The notes under the pieces: generated by a model
Seen by the model: only the letters and a program-made list of their open reading frames with translations
What the model was told of the DNA's origin: nothing
Databases searched by the model: none
Shown: positions 48,975-61,000 of the stretch, piece by piece
How positions within the stretch are numbered: position 1 is the first letter of the stretch
Layout: each line of letters starts with the position of its first letter
Assembly: GCF_009914755.1 (NCBI RefSeq)
Contig: NC_060944.1
Source: the human T2T-CHM13v2.0 reference genome, Homo sapiens
Reading direction: 5' to 3' (one strand)
Length of the DNA stretch: 64,000 bases
Translations under genes and position numbers: made by a program

Positions 48975-51900
48975 TTCGTTGGAAACGGTATTACATATAA
49001 AAAGGAGACAGCAGGATTCTCAGAAACTTCTTTGTGATGTCTGCATTCAACTCACAGAGTTGAGCATTCCCTTTCATAGAGCAGGTTTGAAACACTCTTT
49101 TTGTAGTATCTGGATGAGGACATTTGGAGCGCTTTCAGGCGTATGGTGAAAAAGGAAATATCTTCCCGTAAAAACTAGACAGAAGCATTCTCAGAAATTT
49201 ATTTGTGATGTGTGCCCTCAACTAACAGAGTTGAACCTTTCTTTTGATAGAGCAGTTTTGAAACACTCTTTTTGTAAAATCTGCAAGAGGATATTTGGAT
49301 AGCTTTGAGGATTTCGTTGCAAACGGGAATGGCTTCATATAAACTCTAGACAGAAGCATTCTCAGAAACTTCGTTGGGATGTTTCGATTGAAGTCCCAGT
49401 GTTGAACATTCCCTTTTATAGAGCAGGTTGGAAACACTCTTTTTGCATTCCCTGGAAGTGGACATTTGGAGCGCTTTCAGGACCACGGTGAAAATGGAAA
49501 TATCTTCCAATAAAATCTAGATAGAAGCAATGTCAGAAACTTTTATGTGATGGATCTACTCAGCTAACAGAGTTGAACCTTTCTTTTGAGAGAGCAGTTT
49601 TGCAACACTCTTTTTGTGGAATATGCAACTGGATATTAGGGCAGCTTTGAGGATTTCGTTGGAAACGGGAATACATGTAAAAAGCAGACAGCAGCATTCT
49701 CAGAAACTTCTTTGTGATGTTTGCATTGAAGTCAGAGTTGAACATTCCCTTTGAGAGAGCAGGTTTGAAACACGCCTTTTGTCATATCTAGAAGTGTCCA
49801 TTCGGAGCGCATTCAGGCTTGTGTTGAAAAAGGAAATATCCTCCCATAAAAACTAGACAGAAGCATTCTCAGAAACTTATTTGTGATGTATGTAGTCAAC
49901 TAACAGAACTAAACCATCGTTTTGAAGGAGCAGTTTTGAAACACTCTTTTTGCGGAATCTGCAACTGGATATTTGGCTAGCTTGGAGGATTTCGTTGGAA
50001 ACGGGATTACATACAAAAAGCAGACAGCAGCATTCTCAGAAACTTCTTTGTGATGTTTGCATTCAAGTCGCAGAGTTGAACATTCCCTTTCATAGAGCAG
50101 GTTTGAAACACTCTTTTTGTAGTATCTGGATGTGGACATTTGGATCGCTTTCAGGCCTATGGTGAAAAAGGAAATATCTTCCCATGAAAACTACACAGAA
50201 GCATTCTCAGAAACTTATTTGTGATGTGTGCCCTCAACTGACAGTGTTGAACCTTTGTTTTGATAGAGCAGTTCTGAAACACACTTTTTGTAAAATCTGC
50301 AAGAGGATATTTGGATAGCTTTGAGGATTTCGTTGGAAACGGGAATGTCTTCATGTAAACTCTAGACAGAAGCATTCTCAGAAACTGCTTTGGGATGTTT
50401 CAATTGAAGTCCCAGTGTTGAACATTCCCTTTCATAGAGCAGGTTTGAAACACTCTTTTTGTACTATCTGCAAGTGGACATTTGGAGCGCTTTCAGGTCT
50501 ACGGTGAAAAAGGAGATATCTTCCAATAAAAACTAGATAGAAGCAATGTCAGAACTTTTTTCATGATGTATCTACTCAGCAAACAGAGTTGAACCTTTCT
50601 TTTGAGAGAGCAGTTTTGAAACACTCTTTTTGTGGAATATGCAAGTGGGTATTAGGCCAGCTTGGAGGATTTCGTTGGAAACGGGAATACGTATAAAAAG
50701 CAGACAGCAGCATTGTCAGAAACTACTTTGTGATGTTTGCATTCAAGTCACAGAATTGAACACTCCCTTTCACAGAGCAGGTTTGAAACACTCTTTTTGT
50801 AGTGTCTGTAAGTGAACATTTGGATTGCTTTCAGGCCTAAGGTGAAAAACGAAATATCTTCCCATAAAAACTAGACAGAAGCATTCTCAGAAACTTGTTT
50901 GTGATGTGTGCCCTCTACTGACAGAGTTGAACCTTTCTTTGCAAAGAGCAGTTTTGAAACACTCTTTTTGTAGAATCTGCAAGAGGATATTTGGATAGCT
51001 TTGAGGATTTCTTGGGAAACGGGAATGTCTTCAGATAAACTCTAGACAGAAGCATTCTCAGAAACTTCTTTGGGATGTTTCAATTGAAGTCACAGTGTTG
51101 AACATTCCCTTTCACAGAGCAGGTTTGAAACACTCTTTTTGTAGTGTCTATAAGTGAACATTTGGCGTGCTTTCAGGCCTAACGTGAAAAATGAAATATC
51201 TTCCCATAAAAACTAGACAGAAGCATTCTCAGAAACTTGTTTGTGATGTGTGCCCTCTACTGACAGAGTTGAACCTTTCTTTGCAAAGAGCAGCTTTGGA
51301 ACACTCTTTTTGTAGAATCTGCAAGAGGATATTTGGATAGCTTTGAGGATTTCTTGGGAAACGGGAATGTCTTAAGATAAACTCTAGACAGAAGCATTCT
51401 CAGAAACTTCTTTGGGATGTTTCAATTGAAGTCACAGTGTTGAACATTCCCTTTCACAGAGCAGGTTTGAAACACTCTTTTTGTAGTGTCTATAAGTGAA
51501 CATTTGGCGTGCTTTCAGGCCTAACGTGAAAAAGGAAATATCTTCCCATAAAAACTAGACAGAAGCATTCGCAGAAACTTGTTTGTGATGTGTGCCCTCT
51601 ACTGACAGAGTTGAACCTTTCTTTGCAAAGAGCAGCTTTGAAACACTCTTTTTGTAGAATCTGCAAGAGGATATTTGGATAGCTTTGAGGATTTCGTTGG
51701 AAACGGGTATGTCTTCAGATAAACTCTGGACAGAAGCATTCTCAGAAACTTCTTTGGGATGTTGCATTCAAGCCACAGAGTAGAACATTCCCATTCATAG
51801 AGCAGATTTGAAACACTCTTTTTGTAGTATCTGGAAGTGGACATTTGGAGCGCTTTCAGGCCTATGTTGAAAAAGGAAATATCTTCCCATAAAAACTAGA

Positions 51901-52033
51901 CGGAAGCATTCTCAGAAACTTATTTCTGATGTGTTTGCTCAACTAACAGAATTGAACCATCGTTTTGAAGGAGCAGTTTTGAAACACTGTTTTCGTGGAA
52001 TCTGCAAGTGGATATTTGGCTAGCTTTGAGGAT
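48975..52033 (+). repeat. 18-mer HOR variant (3059 bp) with an extra g dimer
   Basis: Broken TTCTTGGG boxes at both 51009 and 51351, then box h at 51693. 3059 = 2717 + 342. Confidence 0.9.
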
Positions 52034-55000
52034 TTCGTTGGAAACGGGATTACATATAAAAAGGAGACAGCAGCATTCTCAGAAACTTCTTTGTGATGTC
52101 TGCATTCAAGTCACAGAGTTGAGCATTCCCTTTCATAGAGCAGGTTTGAAACACTCTTTTTGTAGCATCTGGATGAGGACATTTGGAGCGCTTTCAGGCG
52201 TATGGTGAAAAAGGAAATATCTTCCCGTAAAAACTAGACAGAAGCATTCTCAGAAATTTATTTGTGATGTGTGCCCTCAACTAACAGAGTTGAACCTTTC
52301 TTTTGATAGAGCAGTTTTGAAACACTCTTTTTGTAAAATCTGCAAGAGGATATTTGGATAGCTTTGAGGATTTCGTTGCAAACGGGAATGGCTTCATAGA
52401 AACTCTAGACAGAAGCATTCTCAGAAACTTCGTTGGGATGTTTCGATTGAAGTCCCAGTGTTGAACATTCCCTTTTATAGCGCAGGTTGGAAACACTCTT
52501 TTTGCATTCCCTGGAAGTGGACATTTGGAGCGCTTTCAGGACGACGGTGAAAATGGAAATATCTTCCAATAAAATCTAGATAGAAGCAATGTCAGAAACT
52601 TTTATGTGATGGATCTACTCAGCTAACAGAGTTGAAGCTTTCTTTTGAGAGAGCAGTTTTGCAACACTCTTTTTGTGGAATATGCAAGTGGATATTAGGG
52701 CAGCTTTGAGGATTTCGTTGGAAACGGGAATACATGTAAAAAGCAGACAGCAGCATTCTCAGAAACTTCTTTGTGATGTTTGCATTGAAGTCACAGAGTT
52801 GAACATTCCCTTTGAGAGAGCAGGTTTGAAACACGCCTTTTGTCATATCTGGAAGTGTCCATTCGGAGCGCATTCAGGCTTGTGTTGAAAAAGGAAATAT
52901 CCTCCCATAAAAACTAGACAGAAGCATTCTCAGAAACTTATTTGTGATGTATGTACTCAACTAACAGAACTAAACCATCGTTTTGAAGGACCAGTTTTGA
53001 AACACTCTTTTTGCGGAATCTGCAACTGGATATTTGGCTAGCTTGGAGGATTTCGTTGGAAACGGGATTACATACAAAAAGCAGACAGCAGCATTCTCAG
53101 AAACTTCTTTGTGATGTTTGCATTCAAGTCGCAGAGTTGAACATTCCCTTTCATAGAGCAGGTTTGAAACACTCTTTTTGTAGTATCTGGATGTGGACAT
53201 TTGGATCGCTTTCAGGCCTATGGTGAAAAAGGAAATATCTTCCCATGAAAACTACACAGAAGCATTCTCAGAAACTTATTTGTGATGTGTGCCCTCAACT
53301 GACAGTGTTGAACCTTTGTTTTGATAGAGCAGTTCTGAAACACGCTTTTTGTAAAATCTGCAAGAGGATATTTGGATAGCTTTGAGGATTTCGTTGGAAA
53401 CGGGAATGTCTTCACGTAAACTCTAGACAGAAGCATTCTCAGAAACTGCTTTGGGATGTTTCAATTGAAGTCCCAGTGTTGAACATTCCCTTTCATAGAG
53501 CAGGTTTGAAACACTCTTTTTGTAGTATCTGGAAGTGGACATTTGGAGCGCTTTCAGGTCTACGGTGAAAAAGGAGATATCTTCCAATAAAAACTAGATA
53601 GAAGCAATGTCAGAACTTTTTTCATGATGTATCCACTCAGCAAACAGAGTTGAACCTTTCTTTTGAGAGAGCAGTTTTGAATCACTCTTTTTGTGGAATA
53701 TGCAAGTGGGTATTAGGCCAGCTTGGAGGATTTCGTTGGAAACGGGAATACGTATAAAAAGCAGACAGCAGCATTGTCAGAAACTACTATGTGATGTTTG
53801 CATTCAAGTCACAGAATTGAACACTCCCTTTCACAGAGCAGGTTTGAAACACTCTTTTTGTAGTGTCTGTAAGTGAACATTTGGATTGCTTTCAGGCCTA
53901 AGGTGAAAAAGGAAATATCTTCCCATAAAAACTAGACAGAAGCATTCTCAGAAACTTGTTTGTGATGTGTGCCCTCTACTGACAGAGTTGAACCTTTCTT
54001 TGCAAAGAGCAGTTTTGAAACACTCTTTTTGTAGAATCTGCAAGAGGATATTTGGATTGCTTTGAGGATTTCTTGGGAAACGGGAATGTCTTCAGATAAA
54101 CTCTAGACAGAAGCATTCTCAGAAACTTCTTTGGGATGTTTCAATTGAAGTCACAGTGTTGAACATTCCCTTTCACAGAGAAGGTTTGAAACACTCTTTT
54201 TGTAGTGTCTATAAGTGAACATTTGGCGTGCTTTCAGGCCTAACGTGAGAAAGGAAATATCTTCCCATAAAAACTAGACAGAAGCATTCTCAGAAACTTG
54301 TTTGTGATGTGTGCCCTCTACTGACAGAGTTGAACCTTTCTTTGCAAAGAGCAGCTTTGAAACACTCTTTTTGTAGAATCTGCAAGAGGATATTTGGATA
54401 GCTTTGAGGATTTCGTTGGAAACGGGTATGTCTTCAGATAAACTCTAGACAGAAGCGTTCTCAGAAACTCCTTTGGGATGTTGCATTCAAGTCACAGAGT
54501 AGAACATTCCCATTCATAGAGCAGATTTGAAACACTCTTTTTGTAGTATCTGGAAGTGGACATTTGGAGCGCTTTCAGGCCTATGTTGAAAAAGGAAATA
54601 TCTTCCCATAAAAACTAGACGGAAGCATTCTCAGAAACTTATTTCTGATGTGTTTGCTCAACTAACAGAATTGAACCATCGTTTTGAAGGAGCAGTTTTG
54701 AAACACTGTTTTCGTGGAATCTGCAAGTGGATATTTGGCTAGCTTTGAGGATTTCGTTGGAAACGGGATTACCTATAAAAAGGAGACAGCAGCATTCTCA
54801 GAAACTTCTTTGTGATGTCTGCATTCAAGTCACAGAGTTGAGCATTCCCTTTCATAGAGCAGGTTTGAAACACTCTTTTTGTAGTATCTGGATGAGGACA
54901 TTTGGAGCGCTTTCAGGCGTATGGTGAAAAAGGAAATATCTTCCCGTAAAAACTAGACAGAAGCATTCTCAGAAATTTATTTGTGATGTGTGCCCTCAAC

Positions 55001-58000
55001 TAACAGAGTTGAACCTTTCTTTTGATAGAGCAGTTTTGAAACACTCTTTTTGTAAAATCTGCAAGAGGATATTTGGATAGCTTTGAGGATTTCGTTGCAA
55101 ACGGGAATGGCTTCATAGAAACTCTAGACAGAAGCATTCTCAGAAACTTCGTTGGGATGTTTCGATTGAAGTCCCAGTGTTGAACATTCCCTTTTATAGA
55201 GCAGGTTGGAAACACTCTTTTTGCATTCCCTGGAAGTGGACATTTGGAGCGCTTTCAGGACGACGGTGAAAATGGAAATATCTTCCAATAAAATCTAGAT
55301 AGAAGCAATGTCAGAAACTTTTATGTGATGGATCTACTCAGCTAACAGAGTTGAAGCTTTCTTTTGAGAGAGCAGTTTTGCAACACTCTTTTTGTGGAAT
55401 ATGCAAGTGGATATTAGGGCAGCTTTGAGGATTTCGTTGGAAACGGGAATACATGTAAAAAGCAGACAGCAGCATTCTCAGAAACTTCTTTGTGATGTTT
55501 GCATTGAAGTCACAGAGTTGAACATTCCCTTTGAGAGAGCAGGTTTGAAACACGCCTTTTGTCATATCTGGAAGTGTCCATTCGGAGCGCATTCAGGCTT
55601 GTGTTGAAAAAGGAAATATCCTCCCATAAAAACTAGACAGAAGCATTCTCAGAAACTTATTTGTGATGTATGTACTCAACTAACAGAACTAAACCATCGT
55701 TTTGAAGGACCAGTTTTGAAACACTCTTTTTGCGGAATCTGCAACTGGATATTTGGCTAGCTTGGAGGATTTCGTTGGAAACGGGATTACATACAAAAAG
55801 CAGACAGCAGCATTCTCAGAAACTTCTTTGTGATGTTTGCATTCAAGTCGCAGAGTTGAACATTCCCTTTCATAGAGCAGGTTTGAAACACTCTTTTTGT
55901 AGTATCTGGATGTGGACATTTGGATCGCTTTCAGGCCTATGGTGAAAAAGGAAATATCTTCCCATGAAAACTACACAGAAGCATTCTCAGAAACTTATTT
56001 GTGATGTGTGCCCTCAACTGACAGTGTTGAACCTTTGTTTTGATAGAGCAGTTCTGAAACACACTTTTTGTAAAATCTGCAAGAGGATATTTGGATAGCT
56101 TTGAGGATTTCGTTGGAAACGGGAATGTCTTCATGTAAACTCTAGACAGAAGCATTCTCAGAAACTGCTTTGGGATGTTTCAATTGAAGTCCCAGTGTTG
56201 AACATTCCCTTTCATAGAGCAGGTTTGAAACACTCTTTTTGTAGTATCGGGAAGTGGACATTTGGAGCGCTTTCAGGTCTACGGTGAAAAAGGAGATATC
56301 TTCCAATAAAAACTAGATAGAAGCAATGTCAGAACTTTTTTCATGATGTATCTACTCAGCAAACAGAGTTGAACCTTTCTTTTGAGAGAGCAGTTTTGAA
56401 ACACTCTTTTTGTGGAATATGCAAGTGGGTATTAGGCCAGCTTGGAGGATTTCGTTGGAAACGGGAATACGTATAAAAAGCAGACAGCAGCATTGTCAGA
56501 AACTACTTTGTGATGCTTGCATTCAAGTCACAGAATTGAACACTCCCTTTCACAGAGCAGGTTTGAAACACTCTTTTTGTAGTGTCTGTAAGTGAACATT
56601 TGGATTGCTTTCAGGCCTAAGGTGAAAAAGGAAATATCTTCCCATAAAAACTAGACAGAAGCATTCTCAGAAACTTGTTTGTGATGTGTGCCCTCTACTG
56701 ACAGAGTTGAACCTTTCTTTGCAAAGAGCAGTTTTGAAACACTCTTTTTGTAGAATCTGCAAGAGGATATTTGGATAGCTTTGAGGATTTCTTGGGAAAC
56801 GGGAATGTCTTCAGATAAACTCTAGACAGAAGCATTCTCAGAAACTTCTTTGGGATGTTTCAATTGAAGTCACAGTGTTGAACATTCCCTTTCACAGAGC
56901 AGGTTTGAAACACTCTTTTTGTAGTGTCTATAAGTGAACATTTGGCGTGCTTTCAGGCCTAACGTGAAAAAGGAAATATCTTCCCATAAAAACTAGACAG
57001 AAGCATTCTCAGAAACTTGTTTGTGATGTGTGCCCTCTACTGACAGAGTTGAACCTTTCTTTGCAAAGAGCAGCTTTGAAACACTCTTTTTGTAGAATCT
57101 GCAAGAGGATATTTGGATAGCTTTGAGGATTTCGTTGGAAACGGGTATGTCTTCAGATAAACTCTAGACAGAAGCATTCTCAGAAACTTCTTTGGGATGT
57201 TGCATTCAAGTCACAGAGTAGAACATTCCCATTCATAGAGCAGATTTGAAACACTCTTTTTGTAGTATCTGGAAGTGGACATTTGGAGCGCTTTCAGGCC
57301 TATGTTGAAAAAGGAAATATCTTCCCATAAAAACTAGACGGAAGCATTCTCAGAAACTTACTTCTGATGTGTTTGCTCAACTAACAGAGTTGAACCATCG
57401 TTTTGAAGGAGCAGTTTTGAAACACTGTTTTCGTGGAATCTGCAAGTGGATATTTGGCTAGCTTTGAGGATTTCGTTGGAAACGGGATTACCTATAAAAA
57501 GGAGACAGCAGCATTCTCAGAAACTTCTTTGTGATGTCTGCATTCAAGTCACAGAGTTGAGCATTCCCTTTCATAGAGCAGGTTTGAAACACTCTTTTTG
57601 TAGTATCTGGATGAGGACATTTGGAGCGCTTTCAGGCGTATGGTGAAAAAGGAAATATCTTCCCGTAAAAACTAGACAGAAGCATTCTCAGAAATTTATT
57701 TGTGATGTGTGCCCTCAACTAACAGAGTTGAACCTTTCTTTTGATAGAGCAGTTTTGAAACACTCTTTTTGTAAAATCTGCAAGAGGATATTTGGATAGC
57801 TTTGAGGATTTCGTTGCAAACGGGAATGGCTTCATATAAACTCTAGACAGAAGCATTCTCAGAAACTTCGTTGGGATGTTTCGATTGAAGTCCCAGTGTT
57901 GAACATTCCCTTTTATAGAGCAGGTTGGAAACACTCTTTTTGCGTTCCTTGGAAGTGGACATTTGGAGCGCTTTCAGGAAGACGGTGAAAATGGAAATAT

Positions 58001-61000
58001 CTTCCAATAAAATCTAGATAGAAGCAATGTCAGAAACTTTTATGTGATGGATCTACTCAGCTAATAGAGTTGAAGCTTTCTTTTGAGAGAGCAGTGTTGC
58101 AACACTCTTTTTGTGGAATATGCAAGTGGATATTAGGGCAGCTTTGAGGATTTCGTTGGAAACGGGAATACATGTAAAAAGCAGACAGCAGCATTCTCAG
58201 AAACTTCTTTGTGATGTTTGCATTGAAGTCAGAGTTGAACATTCCCTTTGAGAGAGCAGGTTTGAAACACGCCTTTTGTCATATCTGGAAGTGTCCATTC
58301 GGAGCGCATTCAGGCTTGTGTTGAAAAAGGAAATATCCTCCCATAAAAACTAGACAGAAGCATTCTCAGAAACTTATTTGTGATGTATGTACTCAACTAA
58401 CAGAACTAAACCATCGTTTTGAAGGAGCAGTTTTGAAACACTCTTTTTGCGGAATCTGCAACTGGATATTTGGCTAGCTTGGAGGATTTCGTTGGAAACG
58501 GGATTACATACAAAAAGCAGACAGCAGCATTCTCAGAAACTTCTTTGTGATGTTTGCATTCAAGTCGCAGAGTTGAACATTCCCTTTCATAGAGCAGGTT
58601 TGAAACACTCTTTTTGTAGTATCTGGATGTGGACATTTGGATCGCTTTCAGGCCTATGGTGAAAAAGGAAATATCTTCCCATGAAAACTAGACAGAAGCA
58701 TTCTCAGAAACTTATTTGTGATGTGTGCCCTCAACTGACAGTGTTGAACCTTTGTTTTGATAGAGCAGTTCTGAAACACACTTTTTGTAAAATCTGCAAG
58801 AGGATATTTGGATAGCTTTGAGGATTTCGTTGGAAACGGGAATGTCTTCATGTAAACTCTAGACAGAAGCATTCTCAGAAACTGCTTTGGGATGTTTCAA
58901 TTGAAGTCCCAGTGTTGAACATTCCCTTTCATAGAGCAGGTTTGAAACACTCTTTTTGTAGTATCGGGAAGTGGACATTTGGAGCGCTTTCAGGTCTACG
59001 GTGAAAAAGGAGATATCTTCCAATAAAAACTAGATAGAAGCAATGTCAGAACTTTTTTCATGATGTATCTACTCAGCAAACAGAGTTGAACCTTTCTTTT
59101 GAGAGAGCAGTTTTGAAACACTCTTTTTGTGGAATATGCAAGTGGGTATTAGGCCAGCTTGGAGGATTTCGTTGGAAACGGGAATACGTATAAAAAGCAG
59201 ACAGCAGCATTGTCAGAAACTACTTTGTGATGCTTGCATTCAAGTCACAGAATTGAACACTCCCTTTCACAGAGCAGGTTTGAAACACTCTTTTTGTAGT
59301 GTCTGTAAGTGAACATTTGGATTGCTTTCAGGCCTAAGGTGAAAAAGGAAATATCTTCCCATAAAAACTAGACAGAAGCATTCTCAGAAACTTGTTTGTG
59401 ATGTGTGCCCTCTACTGACAGAGTTGAACCTTTCTTTGCAAAGAGCAGTTTTGAAACACTCTTTTTGTAGAATCTGCAAGAGGATATTTGGATAGCTTTG
59501 AGGATTTCTTGGGAAACGGGAATGTCTTCAGATAAACTCTAGACAGAAGCATTCTCAGAAACTTCTTTGGGATGTTTCAATTGAAGTCACAGTGTTGAAC
59601 ATTCCCTTTCACAGAGCAGGTTTGAAACACTCTTTTTGTAGTGTCTATAAGTGAACATTTGGCGTGCTTTCAGGCCTAACGTGAAAAAGGAAATATCTTC
59701 CCATAAAAACTAGACAGAAGCATTCTCAGAAACTTGTTTGTGATGTGTGCCCTCTACTGACAGAGTTGAACCTTTCTTTGCAAAGAGCAGCTTTGAAACA
59801 CTCTTTTTGTAGAATCTGCAAGAGGATATTTGGATAGCTTTGAGGATTTCGTTGGAAACGGGTATGTCTTCAGATAAACTCTAGACAGAAGCATTCTCAG
59901 AAACTTCTTTGGGATGTTGCATTCAAGTCACAGAGTAGAACATTCCCATTCATAGAGCAGATTTGAAACACTCTTTTTGTAGTATCTGGAAGTGGACATT
60001 TGGAGCGCTTTCAGGCCTATGTTGAAAAAGGAAATATCTTCCCATAAAAACTAGACGGAAGCATTCTCAGAAACTTACTTGTGATGTGTTTGCTCAACTA
60101 ACAGAATTGAACCATCGTTTTGAAGGAGCAGTTTTGAAACACTGTTTTCGTGGAATCTGCAAGTGGATATTTGGCTAGCTTTGAGGATTTCGTTGGAAAC
60201 GGGATTACCTATAAAAAGGAGACAGCAGCATTCTCAGAAACTTCTTTGTGATGTCTGCATTCAAGTCACAGAGTTGAGCATTCCCTTTCATAGAGCAGGT
60301 TTGAAACACTCTTTTTGTAGTATCTGGATGAGGACATTTGGAGCGCTTTCAGGCGTATGGTGAAAAAGGAAATATCTTCCCGTAAAAACTAGACAGAAGC
60401 ATTCTCAGAAATTTATTTGTGATGTGTGCCCTCAACTAACAGAGTTGAACCTTTCTTTTGATAGAGCAGTTTTGAAACACTCTTTTTGTAAAATCTGCAT
60501 GAGGATATTTGGATAGCTTTGAGGATTTCGTTGCAAACGGGAATGGCTTCATATAAACTCTAGACAGAAGCATTCTCAGAAACTTCGTTGGGATGTTTCG
60601 ATTGAAGTCCCAGTGTTGAACATTCCCTTTTATAGAGCAGGTTGGAAACACTCTTTTTGCGTTCCTTGGAAGTGGACATTTGGAGCGCTTTCAGGACGAC
60701 GGTGAAAATGGAAATATCTTCCAATAAAATCTAGATAGAAGCAATGTCAGAAACTTTTATGTGATGGATCTACTCAGCTAACAGAGTTGAAGCTTTCCTT
60801 CGAGAGAGCAGTGTTGCAACACTCTTTTTGTGGAATATGCAAGTGGATATTAGGGCAGCTTTGAGGATTTCGTTGGAAACGGGAATACATGTAAAAAGCA
60901 GACAGCAGCATTCTCAGAAACTTCTTTGTGATGTTTGCATTGAAGTCAGAGTTGAACATTCCCTTTGAGAGAGCAGGTTTGAAACACGCCTTTTGTCATA

